DNA from: an uncultured Bacteroidales bacterium | GTDB taxonomy: Bacteria; Bacteroidota; Bacteroidia; Bacteroidales; VadinHA17 | DNA length: 64,000 nucleotides | NCBI GenBank assembly: GCA_963838215.1 | Contig: CAWIQG010000003.1 | Location: 320,240 to 384,239, forward strand | Direction: 5' to 3' | Part shown: positions 37,913 through 47,721 of the stretch, in pieces | Layout: the number at the start of each line of letters is the position of its first letter | Position numbering within the stretch: the stretch's first letter is position 1 | Translations under genes and position numbers: made by a program | The notes under the pieces: generated by a model | What the model was told of the DNA's origin: nothing | The model's database searches: none | The model's input: the letters and a program-made list of their open reading frames with translations, nothing else

Positions 37913-39925
37913 TTATTCTTTTTTCTTTCGGATCTTTTTCCCCCGTGAAATAATCTCAAGTTTTACTTTTTGGGTTTCCCCACCAGTCAGCTGAATAATC
38001 TGCTCAACTGATTCACCCTCTGTTGTTGTGGCTTTTACGCGGTAAACATCGGGGTTGATTGATTTCAGACTAAGCTCACCGTTTTTATTCACGGGAATGC
38101 TCTCATTCTGAAGGTGGTTACTCGTTTGAACAAGAATCTTTGCATCCTGAACAGGATTTCCTTTTTTATCAATTACCTTAAATAAGATATTGGCTGGTTC
38201 ATAAGTCATAATAATTGTAAAACCTGAAATCGCGGAATATTTTTCACATAAAGACCTGGCTAACGGAGGTCTCGAACCAGGGCCGCTTCTCTTATCAACC
38301 AACACTTCAACAGGAAGTCTGAGTTTCTTTAATTTAGGGTTCGGCTTAAATCCAAATTCTCCCATTATATTTTTTGCCTCACCACTTTTAAGAATGAAAT
38401 TTACTCCCTTGAATCCATTTTCAATCTTTTCAAATTTCAATCTTTTCCATTTATTCCCATCAACTGCAAGCCACCAGTTCATTACAGCTGAATTAATTGA
38501 TGCCTGGTATTCCGGAATGGTTGTTATAATAAATTCATGAATCTCCTTAAATGGATTATGTATCGAATATAAATGCTTCCTGTTTCCCCTGAATTCATCC
38601 CCTGGTTTAACCCTTGCTCCTTTTTTAAGAGGATCTGAACTGACATCAGTATTACGCTGGGCCTGTGCATCATTTGCAAGTATATCCCAGGTGAAATCAA
38701 TCGGGACAGATGGAAGCTGAACCATAGCACGGATACACTCGTGGGTTATTCCGCTATAAAAAGGTGTCGGCCATTGATAAGTCTGCTTACTGGTATTTGA
38801 GAAAATTTTATACGACACAAGATTTGTGGGCTTAAGAACTGTACCAGTGTCGATGCCTGTTACTGCCAGAGTGATGTCTGAAGCACCCATCGGGGTCCGG
38901 ATTATAATCTGTATTCCAAGATTATAACAACGTACAGGATGTGAACCGATATTTCTGAAATCTACATTGATTGTGTTATTGTATGGCCCGGTTGTATTCG
39001 ATGGATCATCGGGAATATACAGATCATCAATCTTTCCCGGAAACAAATAATGGGTCAGGTAAATATCAGGACTTTCCCACCAGCCTACCGACATGTTGTC
39101 TCCATCCTGAATAAGGAATGACGGCCTCCCAAGGAATGCAGTTTCACCGCTTATTGTAAAGCTGTAAGTTTCAGAGTTCTTTATCTGCGCAAATTCCTTT
39201 GCCTGTTCAAGCGAAATGAGGTATGGTTCGGGAACAGTCAAAAGCTGGTCAGCGTACATTGATGATCCGGAGACCATAACAGTGTCGGTCTGTTGCAAAG
39301 CAGAAATCCAGCCTTTTGTAAAGTTACCGCCGGTGGAATCGCCATGAGAGCTCTGGTTTCCGTTTACATTTGTTACGGTTTTATCTGTTGAAGTTATTGC
39401 ATTTGTATATATATCCGAAACAAATTTATCTGCATAATCCTGCTGCATAACAAGGTTTATCATGCTCTGAAGAAACAGAGGACTTGAAAAAACGTTACTC
39501 AACTCCTGAGTATCCAGCGTTGTATCAGGAGGGCCGGTTTTAATTACTAATTTGGCTTTGTCACCAGGAATGGATGTGTTCGCATCAATACCCACCCCCG
39601 TTAAATAAATAACAGCAACATTTTTAGAGTCAGCGATTGCCGGATCGGGCGTATTGGCATTTACTGCATTGCCAAAAACTGTGTAAGCATCAGTAAGCGC
39701 CGTTTCAGGATCAGAGGCAGAATAAATTGAAATTGCATTGGCTCCGGCAAAATTTGCTGACAGGTCGGTTGAACCACCCCAAACCACCCAGATATTTGAG
39801 GCCGGGTAATTATAGTATTCTGTAAGTGTAACATATACATTCAACAGGTCGTTCTGATATTTCTGATCAGTGGAGCCTGAAAAAAGGAATGCAAATTTGT
39901 CCTGAGGTCTTGATGTGACTGGCAT
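37913..39925 (-). CDS. hypothetical protein (670 aa), no signal peptide recognised
   Basis: Long clean ORF. The N-terminal about 170 aa has a pattern faintly like clan CD peptidases but without the His/Cys dyad. The C-terminal about 90 aa looks like a carboxypeptidase-regulatory-like beta sandwich (FKVIDKKGNPVQDAKILV...). Confidence 0.6.
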   Translation of the reverse strand: MPVTSRPQDKFAFLFSGSTDQKYQNDLLNVYVTLTEYYNYPASNIWVVWGGSTDLSANFAGANAISIYSASDPETALTDAYTVFGNAVNANTPDPAIADSKNVAVIYLTGVGIDANTSIPGDKAKLVIKTGPPDTTLDTQELSNVFSSPLFLQSMINLVMQQDYADKFVSDIYTNAITSTDKTVTNVNGNQSSHGDSTGGNFTKGWISALQQTDTVMVSGSSMYADQLLTVPEPYLISLEQAKEFAQIKNSETYSFTISGETAFLGRPSFLIQDGDNMSVGWWESPDIYLTHYLFPGKIDDLYIPDDPSNTTGPYNNTINVDFRNIGSHPVRCYNLGIQIIIRTPMGASDITLAVTGIDTGTVLKPTNLVSYKIFSNTSKQTYQWPTPFYSGITHECIRAMVQLPSVPIDFTWDILANDAQAQRNTDVSSDPLKKGARVKPGDEFRGNRKHLYSIHNPFKEIHEFIITTIPEYQASINSAVMNWWLAVDGNKWKRLKFEKIENGFKGVNFILKSGEAKNIMGEFGFKPNPKLKKLRLPVEVLVDKRSGPGSRPPLARSLCEKYSAISGFTIIMTYEPANILFKVIDKKGNPVQDAKILVQTSNHLQNESIPVNKNGELSLKSINPDVYRVKATTTEGESVEQIIQLTGGETQKVKLEIISRGKKIRKKKE

Positions 39926-39932
39926 AGTAATA

Positions 39933-39995
39933 GATTTAAGATTGAAGATTGAAGATTGAAGATTGGAGATTAAAGATTGAAGATTGAAGATTAAA
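39933..39995. repeat. heptamer tandem array (GATTGAA)n, 9 units
   Basis: GATTTAA, GATTGAA x3, GATTGGA, GATTAAA, GATTGAA x2, GATTAAA. Ends 8 nt upstream of the start codon at 39925 and reads AATCTTC on the coding strand. Confidence 0.9.
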
Positions 39996-40002
39996 ATATT
40001 AA

Positions 40003-41643
40003 CTAATTAAGTGATGTCCAGATTGTTCCATTATAGTAATACAAGTGATGATCTGTTTTTGCATAAATCATTCCTTCCACTGCTGGAGTCGGATCAGTAG
40101 TTAATAGCGGTAATTGCAAAACAGCATTAATTGTAAATCTCTGATTTGCCACTGTAGCATCAAATACTCCATAAACAAGGGCTTTTGTTCTTGCATCAGC
40201 TTCACTTGCCCTTTTCTGATTATCAATAAATAACTTATTGGAGCCGGTTTCATAATAACCTGACAGATAACCAATGAACAGGTTTCCAGATCCGGTCAAA
40301 TTTGAGGCTCCGGATTGAAATCCAATAAAAACATTATTTGAAGCTTTATTCGCAACCCCTGCCTGAGCTCCTATACAAAGTTCATTGCTGCCATGCTGAT
40401 TTACTTTTCCTGCTTCATAACCGAGATAAGTATTCAGGTTTCCGTCTATATTACTATTCCCTGCCTCGGCTGCTAGAAACATATTCTGATACCCGCTGGT
40501 GTTTGCGTTTCCTGCACTAGTACCAATGAAGACATTAGTGTTTCCACCAAGGTTAGCGGATCCACTGTTATATCCTATAAATATGTTATTGCTGCTGGTA
40601 GTATTTAGACCGCTGTTGTATCCTATAAATACGTTATAGTTCAAATTTCCTGAAGCTAAGTACCCAGCTCCATAGCCAAGAAACACATTATCAGTACCTA
40701 TTGTGTTGGTATAACCGGCTTTATATCCTATAAACAAATTATATGAAGGAGTTGTTATTTTACTATTATAGCCTGCCTGGTACCCAATAAATGTGTTGTA
40801 TGTAGAGTCAATAACCGGATTAGCATTACCTGCCTGATATCCAATGAAAATATTATTGTCTGAAAATTGCATATATTCATTTTTCCCGGCATTTATTTTA
40901 TCCTGATCCACATTAAGGTAATTTAGCCCTTTTCCTGTACCAAAACCACCTATTGAAAATCCACCCTTTGCTCCTTTTTCTTGTGTATCATCGATATACA
41001 TGTTTATAATGCCAGGATTTACGACCAGATAATCCTGTCCGGTCGGTGGAGGGTTGTCTTTACCAGAAGTGCCAAAACCGCCAATAGCGAAACCACCTTT
41101 TGCTCCTTTTGAACCATTGTCGACATACATTCTTACTGCTTCATTATAAACTGCAAATACGGTATTACCTGCTGTGTTTTTAACTTCAAAGAGAGCAGGA
41201 TCGTTGTCAGCTGACTTGCCATCCACTTCAAGCTGATCGAGTGAGCCGTTTAAATCTCCTGCCACCATTGAATAGGGAACCGACCAGAGCTGAGACGTTC
41301 CCATATCTACATAACCGGAACTTACCGGATATGCGATTTCTGTTTTCAGATAAAGAGTTTGAGCCCCCCATTCAATTGTTGAAAAAGTACCTGATGTTGG
41401 AGTACCGGTACCAATAACTAATTCCATTACTCCGAAATTATCGGTTTTAACCGTATTTGTTTCCTGATAGATAACGCTACCTGTAACTGTCTGGATAGTA
41501 ACTCTTATCCCCACCCAATCCTGGCTAATAACACCATTTTCATTCCGTGCAATAGCCTGGTAATTGAAACCCTGAGGAACCTGAGAAGATAAAAGACAAA
41601 AGTAGAAAGATAAAAGTGCAGAGAGGAGAAGTTTTGTTTTCAT
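40003..41643 (-). CDS. secreted fibre/adhesin-like protein, paralog of 33664..35676 without the S74 domain
   Basis: 546 aa. The first about 200 aa are nearly collinear with the paralog (MKTKLLLSALLSFYFCLLSSQVPQGFNYQAIAR..., QLWSVPYSMVAGDLNGSLDQLEVDG, TVFAVYNEAVRMYVDNGSKGAKGGFAIGGFGT). Carries the same NxFIGYxAGxxN repeats. Confidence 0.8.
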   Translation of the reverse strand: MKTKLLLSALLSFYFCLLSSQVPQGFNYQAIARNENGVISQDWVGIRVTIQTVTGSVIYQETNTVKTDNFGVMELVIGTGTPTSGTFSTIEWGAQTLYLKTEIAYPVSSGYVDMGTSQLWSVPYSMVAGDLNGSLDQLEVDGKSADNDPALFEVKNTAGNTVFAVYNEAVRMYVDNGSKGAKGGFAIGGFGTSGKDNPPPTGQDYLVVNPGIINMYIDDTQEKGAKGGFSIGGFGTGKGLNYLNVDQDKINAGKNEYMQFSDNNIFIGYQAGNANPVIDSTYNTFIGYQAGYNSKITTPSYNLFIGYKAGYTNTIGTDNVFLGYGAGYLASGNLNYNVFIGYNSGLNTTSSNNIFIGYNSGSANLGGNTNVFIGTSAGNANTSGYQNMFLAAEAGNSNIDGNLNTYLGYEAGKVNQHGSNELCIGAQAGVANKASNNVFIGFQSGASNLTGSGNLFIGYLSGYYETGSNKLFIDNQKRASEADARTKALVYGVFDATVANQRFTINAVLQLPLLTTDPTPAVEGMIYAKTDHHLYYYNGTIWTSLN

Positions 41644-41903
41644 AACTAATAAAATTTGAAAATTCAGTAATTTGAAATCTTAAAAAACACACTGACATAA
41701 CTGTTAAAAAACATAAAATCAGCTGTAAGTTATGTTAAAAAACATTTCCTGTCAAATTTTTTTGATGAATAATAGTAAAACAATTATGAAATTGACAATG
41801 AAAAGGGCAATTCAGGAGTATTGGATATATTGGAAAGACAAAAGACAAAAGGAAAAGGAACATAAGACCACAAGACCTTCAAGACCCGTAGTACCATCAT
41901 TTT

Positions 41904-43043
41904 TTAAGACAACCGGTTTTTATAGTCTTCGTAGCCAAATTCCCTTATCATTTTGAATTTGCCATTTTTCGTCCGGATGCCAATAGATGGGTGATGAACT
42001 CCATTAAATGTGGTGGTCTTTACCATGGTATAGTGGATCATATCACGAAAGACTATCCTGTCGCCGGGTTTTAGTTCCCTGTCAAATGACCATTCCCCGA
42101 TGTAATCACCCGCTAAACATGAATTCCCTCCAATCCTGTATGTTGGTTTTCCTGTAACCGGATTAGTTGCACCCTCTATTTCAGGTTTATATGGCATCTC
42201 AAGACAATCGGGCATGTGTGCAGTAAAAGAGACATCTAAAATAGCAGTCTTAATTCCCTGGTTTTCAATAATATCTTCAACAGTAGAAACCAATTCCCCT
42301 GTTTCCCATGCAAATGCACTTCCCGGTTCAAGAATAATATGAAGACCGGATTTTTCGTGGAACCTTTTCAGAATTTTAATAAGGTGATTCGTGTCATAGT
42401 TTCTTCTTGTTATCAGATGCCCGCCACCCATATTGATCCATTTCAGATCAGGAAAAAATTTCCCAAATTTAGTTTCCACAACCTGCAGAACTTTTTCAAG
42501 CGCATAAGAGTCTGATTCAAAAAGAACATGAAAATGAAGTCCTTCGATTCCTTCAGGTAAACCATTCTTCAGATCATCTGCGATTATTCCCAGCCTCGAC
42601 CCGGGAGAACACGGATTATATAGTCCGTGACTTACCTCTGAATACTCTGGATTAATTCTTAATCCGGCTGAAATTTTTTTAGAATGCTTTTGTAACCTTG
42701 TCGAATATTTTATATACTGGTTCAGAGAGTTAAAGGTGACATGGGAACTGTACTTCAGAATCGTAGGAAACTCACTTTCCTTATAGACAGGCGAATACGT
42801 ATGAGCCGGAGAACCAATTTCTTCTAAACAAAGACGTGCTTCATCCGGAGAGCTTGCAGCTGCACCTGAAACATATTCTCTCAGAATCGGAAAAACTCCC
42901 CACATGGCAAATCCTTTAAACGCCAGAATTATCTCAGCTCCGGATTTCTCAGCTACCTGTTTGATTAACAAAAGGTTTTTACGGAATCTTTCCTCGTCAA
43001 TTACAAAACAGGGAGATGGCATTTTAGAATAATCTATTGACAC
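41904..43043 (-). CDS. nspC: carboxynorspermidine/carboxyspermidine decarboxylase
   Basis: 379 aa. N-terminus PSPCFVIDEERFRKNL and the alanine-racemase-fold PLP decarboxylase pattern typical of NspC. Adjacent to the CANSDH gene. Confidence 0.85.
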   Translation of the reverse strand: MSIDYSKMPSPCFVIDEERFRKNLLLIKQVAEKSGAEIILAFKGFAMWGVFPILREYVSGAAASSPDEARLCLEEIGSPAHTYSPVYKESEFPTILKYSSHVTFNSLNQYIKYSTRLQKHSKKISAGLRINPEYSEVSHGLYNPCSPGSRLGIIADDLKNGLPEGIEGLHFHVLFESDSYALEKVLQVVETKFGKFFPDLKWINMGGGHLITRRNYDTNHLIKILKRFHEKSGLHIILEPGSAFAWETGELVSTVEDIIENQGIKTAILDVSFTAHMPDCLEMPYKPEIEGATNPVTGKPTYRIGGNSCLAGDYIGEWSFDRELKPGDRIVFRDMIHYTMVKTTTFNGVHHPSIGIRTKNGKFKMIREFGYEDYKNRLS

Positions 43044-43063
43044 TTTGAATCGTTATTTTATTT

Positions 43064-43141
43064 CAGTTATGGCGTTATGCCATTATGCCGTTATGCCGTT
43101 ATGCCGTTATGCCGTTATGCCGTTATGCCGTTGAGCCGTTA
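43064..43141. repeat. octamer tandem array (CCGTTATG)n, about 10 units
   Basis: CAGTTATG, GCGTTATG, CCATTATG, CCGTTATG x5, CCGTTGAG, CCGTTAT. Fills the gap between the CANSDH stop and the nspC start. Confidence 0.9.
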
Positions 43142-44335
43142 TTAAAGTTCCAGATCCACATCGTGAAGCTCTACCCACGGTAAACCCAACCTGTTCAATT
43201 CGCTCATAAACGGATCGGGATCAAATTCTTCTACATTGAACACACCGGGTTTCTTCCATATTCCTTTCAGGTACATCATGGCTCCGATTGCTGCAGGTAC
43301 ACCTGTTGTATAGCTTACTCCCTGTGCTCCTGTTTCTGCATAAGCTGCCTCGTGACTGCAATTATTATAAATATAGTATGTTTTTTCCTTACCGTTCTTT
43401 ATTCCCTTAATGCGGCATCCAATCGAAGTCTGACCTTTATAGTTTTCTCCCAGCCCGCCCGGATCAGGAAGCACGGCTTTCAGGAACTGGATCGGTATTA
43501 TCTCTCTGCCTTCAAACATAATGGGTTCAATGCCGGCCATTCCAATATTCTGGATCACACGCAGATGGGTAAGATATTCCTGCCCGAATGTCATCCAGAA
43601 CCTGGCCCGTTTAAGAGAAGGATAATTCACGACAAGCGATTCAAGTTCCTCATGATAAATTATATAGGATTCTTTTGGGCCAATCCCGGGATAATTCAAT
43701 GGTTTATGTATTTCATGTGGTTTGGTCATTACCCATTCACCATTTTCCCAGTATTTACCCTTTTGTGTTACCTCCCTGATATTAATCTCAGGATTGAAGT
43801 TTGTGGCAAACGGTTTTCCATGATCCCCGGCATTGCAATCGACAATATCAAGGTAATGCAACTCATCGAAATGATGTTTAGCGGCATAAGCTGTAAAGAT
43901 TGAAGTAACTCCGGGATCAAAACCGCAACCAAGTATCGCCGTAATGCCTGCTTTTTTATATCTGTCGCGATAAGCCCACTGCCAGCTGTATTCAAATTTA
44001 GCCTCTTCAAGCGGTTCATAATTAGCGGTATCAAGATAAGCTACACCTGTTTCAAGGCATGCATCCATAATATGAAGATCCTGGTAAGGCAATGCAACAT
44101 TTACCACAATATCAGGTTCATAAGTTCTGATCAGTCTGACAAGCTGCGGAACATTATCAGCATCAACCTGTGCAGTTTTTATCCTATCTTTCCCAATTCT
44201 GTCAGCAAGAGCATCGCATTTGGATTTCGTCCGGCTGGCTAACATAATTTCAGCAAAAACCTCCGGCAGAGAAGCCATTTTATGAACAACAACCGATCCG
44301 ACCCCACCGGCACCAATTACCAAAACTTTTCCCAT
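43142..44335 (-). CDS. saccharopine dehydrogenase-family carboxynorspermidine synthase (CANSDH)
   Basis: 397 aa. Rossmann N-terminus KVLVIGAGGVGSVV. The size and the pairing with nspC are typical of the alternative (nor)spermidine pathway. Confidence 0.8.
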   Translation of the reverse strand: MGKVLVIGAGGVGSVVVHKMASLPEVFAEIMLASRTKSKCDALADRIGKDRIKTAQVDADNVPQLVRLIRTYEPDIVVNVALPYQDLHIMDACLETGVAYLDTANYEPLEEAKFEYSWQWAYRDRYKKAGITAILGCGFDPGVTSIFTAYAAKHHFDELHYLDIVDCNAGDHGKPFATNFNPEINIREVTQKGKYWENGEWVMTKPHEIHKPLNYPGIGPKESYIIYHEELESLVVNYPSLKRARFWMTFGQEYLTHLRVIQNIGMAGIEPIMFEGREIIPIQFLKAVLPDPGGLGENYKGQTSIGCRIKGIKNGKEKTYYIYNNCSHEAAYAETGAQGVSYTTGVPAAIGAMMYLKGIWKKPGVFNVEEFDPDPFMSELNRLGLPWVELHDVDLEL

Positions 44336-44523
44336 ATTTCAAATATTATTAATAAAGTACTCTGATTTGTCTTAAATCAATTTATCATTTAATGACATTC
44401 CTGATAAATAATATTACCAGCACATTAACATATTATCAATTACCTGATCCAAATATAAGACATAAATATGACCAATCAATGAACTTTTCAGAATATGAAA
44501 TCAGCAACCAGAAACATATTTTT

Positions 44524-45246
44524 CTATTTCTTTGAATTTAGTAATTTCCTGATAAATTCAAGGCTTTCCGGGGTTCCAATATCTGCCCAATAACCACTGT
44601 CATCTCTGAAAGTATATATTCTGTGAGATTCAGCAAGCTCAAGATAAAGGGTTGTCATTGTATAAACACCCTCATTCATATAATTAAATATCTCAGGTTC
44701 AACAATATGCATACTTGAGAACGCTATCTCTGAAAGTTCCACTGAGGACGCTCCTGCAAGTATCTGTTCACCGGATGCTTTGTTGCGCCAGCCCCTTATC
44801 AGTCCTGATTTATCTATAAGGTAGAATCTGGTTCCCGGACGGTTTCTTACTGCAAGTGTTGCAAGTCCTTTTTTTTCAATATGGAATTTGAAGAGAGCTG
44901 AAAGATCCAGATCAGATATTATGTCTACGTTATAGATCAGGAAAGGATCCTTATCAAAAAATCCCCTGGCTTTATGCAAACCGCCACCGGTTTCAAGAAG
45001 CATCTCTCTTTCATCTGAAACAGAGATTCTGAATCCGATTTTATTCAGCTTTTTTACCTCATCTTCAACCATATCAGCAAAATGGTGGACATTTATTATA
45101 ATATCTTCAAAACCATGTTCGGTGCATTTCTCAACTGCCAGCTGAAGTGCGGTTTTCCCATTAATATCAATGAGAGCTTTTGGAATATTATCTGTTATTT
45201 TCCCCAGTCGTTTGCCCAGTCCTGCAGCAAATATCATCGCCTTCAT
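44524..45246 (-). CDS. sugar-1-phosphate nucleotidyltransferase (MurU-like)
   Basis: 240 aa. N-terminal motif MIFAAGLGKRLG. Directly downstream of an AmgK-like kinase gene. Confidence 0.65.
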   Translation of the reverse strand: MKAMIFAAGLGKRLGKITDNIPKALIDINGKTALQLAVEKCTEHGFEDIIINVHHFADMVEDEVKKLNKIGFRISVSDEREMLLETGGGLHKARGFFDKDPFLIYNVDIISDLDLSALFKFHIEKKGLATLAVRNRPGTRFYLIDKSGLIRGWRNKASGEQILAGASSVELSEIAFSSMHIVEPEIFNYMNEGVYTMTTLYLELAESHRIYTFRDDSGYWADIGTPESLEFIRKLLNSKK

Positions 45247-45346
45247 ATTATGCTGAATTAGGTTTTGTTTAGATAATGAGCCGTTATTCCTGTTACAGAT
45301 GTCTTGTAATTTTTTTCACTTTTGCCTTTTACTTTTATCTTTTATC

Positions 45347-46387
45347 TTAATCTATCGACTTTCCACTCTCTAATTTTTCATATATCTGAACTCCGGGTAT
45401 CAGTCTGACTGTCTGAAATAATTCAGGAAGTGACACAGGAAGTTGTTCTGAATCAATCAACTGAATTAAAAGTTTAACCGCAAGAACGATACTGCCTGTA
45501 AAGGTCGGTTTCTTTTCGTACAATCCTCTGAATCCGAATGCACCAAGAGCCTGCATAAGCCTTATTATACTGAATCCGGCATAATAACCTCTGAACTTTT
45601 CCTGATCTTCGCCTGAAACCGTGCAGAAATTATTTACATGATAATCAAGAAGGTTTTGACGGGCAGTCAATGGTATATGAGCTTTTGCATCATACAGGAG
45701 CGACGCAACATCGTACTGAGGAGCACCTTTTCTTCCACCCTGATAATCAATAAACCATGGTTCTCCTTCAATTATCATGACATTTGCCGACTGGAAATCC
45801 CGATAGAGGAAATAATCCTGTCCGGTTTCAAGTAAAAAATCAGCAAGCATGTTAAAATTGTGTTCGAGCCTCCTCTCATTAAAAGGAACTGCAACAAGCT
45901 TAAGAAACATATATTTGAAATAATTCATATCCCACATCATCGATTGCCTGTCGAAACTTCTGTGCGGATAACAAAGATCAAGGTTCAGTCCTTCAATACC
46001 ATTTATCTGGAACTGAATCAGTTTATCAAGTATTTTCCGGTATATTATTTCAGCTTCCATATCAAAGCCGTTGCCTTCATGTTTTTTCTGAAGAAAAATA
46101 AACAGGTTCATATCGCCCAGATCCTGAAGAAAATAGATGTATTTTTCAGGAAAGTAACCAAATATTTCAGGGACAGGGAGATCTTTTGAAATGAAATGTT
46201 TTGTAAAACCTATAAAAGCTTCGTTCTCTTCAAAATTTGAATTATGAGCCCCGATTACGCTTTTAATACCGGCAGTTATTCTGAAATATTTTCTGTCGGA
46301 ACCTGATTGTGGCAAGGGTACTATTTTAAAATCTGATTCTCCTGATAATTCTTTGTATCCGTCTGATACAATGTCTATTTCACTCAT
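45347..46387 (-). CDS. aminoglycoside-phosphotransferase-fold sugar kinase (AmgK-like)
   Basis: 346 aa. Catalytic loop YRDFQSANVMI and metal-binding FIDYQGG, as in the APH/choline-kinase fold. Confidence 0.6.
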   Translation of the reverse strand: MSEIDIVSDGYKELSGESDFKIVPLPQSGSDRKYFRITAGIKSVIGAHNSNFEENEAFIGFTKHFISKDLPVPEIFGYFPEKYIYFLQDLGDMNLFIFLQKKHEGNGFDMEAEIIYRKILDKLIQFQINGIEGLNLDLCYPHRSFDRQSMMWDMNYFKYMFLKLVAVPFNERRLEHNFNMLADFLLETGQDYFLYRDFQSANVMIIEGEPWFIDYQGGRKGAPQYDVASLLYDAKAHIPLTARQNLLDYHVNNFCTVSGEDQEKFRGYYAGFSIIRLMQALGAFGFRGLYEKKPTFTGSIVLAVKLLIQLIDSEQLPVSLPELFQTVRLIPGVQIYEKLESGKSID

Positions 46388-46476
46388 TCACTAAATAATT
46401 ATCTTTTGTCTTGCGGCTTTGCGGTCCCATTACTTTTGTCTTTTTCCTTTTGTCATTTGTCTTATAACTTACAGTT

Positions 46477-47586
46477 TTACAACCTGATAAACACTTTCTT
46501 CTTATAAAGGATCATCGCAACTCCCCAAATCAGCAACATCTGTATTATTGCGAACATCAGGCTGCCGTTGAGATTGCCTGCAACCGGTACACAAATCTTA
46601 CTGTAAAGCCAATCATAGAGATTTATTGCATTATCGCCCGATGATATTTTTATTATCAACATCAGCCTTGTCCAGATTCCTGAAAGAATGTAGGCAAAAA
46701 TAGCATTAGTACCAAATACTGCGAAAAACGTTCCCCATATCTGGAATTTTAAAACATCTGCAATCAGATAGATAATAGCAAAAACACCCATGGCAATTCC
46801 CGCGGAATAGAGTACATAAGAACTTGTCCATAAAGGCTTATTAATAGGGAAAATCAGGTTCCATAATAAACCGAGTCCCGCTGATGCAATGCCAAATAAT
46901 AGAAGTTTAATTACAGTTTTTCCGCTGGCAGATCCTTTTCCTACTGTTTCTCCTATAAAATAACCTATAACAACTGTACCGATTGTGGGTAAAGTGCTCA
47001 ATAATCCTTCAGGTTCAAAAGAAATTCCAAATCCTTTGTAAAGATGAGCTTTCCCTAGAATGGCAATGTCAGCCTTAAGCACAAAGTTCCCTTCAAGACT
47101 ATAAGGATCAGCACCGCCAAATAATAACAATAAGCCCCAGTAAAGAAGCAATAAGACTGTGACAACGATCCATAAGTATTGCCTTCTGACTGACAGACAT
47201 ATAATTGCACCCAATCCATAAGCAAGTGCTATTCGTTGCAGAACGCCCATTATTCTGACCGTGGAATAATCTCTTCCAAAGTAAGGAAAGATATTAAGAA
47301 ACAGACCTATTGCGAAAATAGCCACAATCCGCCTGAAAATCCTGATAAGGGAACTTCCATTGAGTTTGCCTCCGTATTTCTTAAGAGAGTACCAGGTTGA
47401 TATTCCAACGATGAAAAGGAAAAAAGGGTAAACAAGATCTGTAGGAGTGCATCCGTTCCATTTTGAATGCTCCAAAGGAGAATAAATATATTGCCAGCTC
47501 CCGGGAGTATTGACGATTATCATAAATGCTAACGTCAATCCTCTGAAGATATCAAGGGAAACCAATCTGCTGCTGTTTTTTGCCAT
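46477..47586 (-). CDS. multi-pass membrane protein, HGSNAT/DUF5009-like acyltransferase family
   Basis: 369 aa. N-terminus RLVSLDIFRGLTLAFMIIVNTPGSW and about 10 predicted TM helices. Confidence 0.55.
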   Translation of the reverse strand: MAKNSSRLVSLDIFRGLTLAFMIIVNTPGSWQYIYSPLEHSKWNGCTPTDLVYPFFLFIVGISTWYSLKKYGGKLNGSSLIRIFRRIVAIFAIGLFLNIFPYFGRDYSTVRIMGVLQRIALAYGLGAIICLSVRRQYLWIVVTVLLLLYWGLLLLFGGADPYSLEGNFVLKADIAILGKAHLYKGFGISFEPEGLLSTLPTIGTVVIGYFIGETVGKGSASGKTVIKLLLFGIASAGLGLLWNLIFPINKPLWTSSYVLYSAGIAMGVFAIIYLIADVLKFQIWGTFFAVFGTNAIFAYILSGIWTRLMLIIKISSGDNAINLYDWLYSKICVPVAGNLNGSLMFAIIQMLLIWGVAMILYKKKVFIRL

Positions 47587-47721
47587 GAATCAGATCATAT
47601 AATATCTGGTAAAAATAATAATTAAAGCTGAAACACAAAGGTTATCATTAAGGCACACAAAGGAGCAATGCTTTTCGATCACAATAATTATTACTTTTGA
47701 ATTTGAAGTTTTTATTATAAG

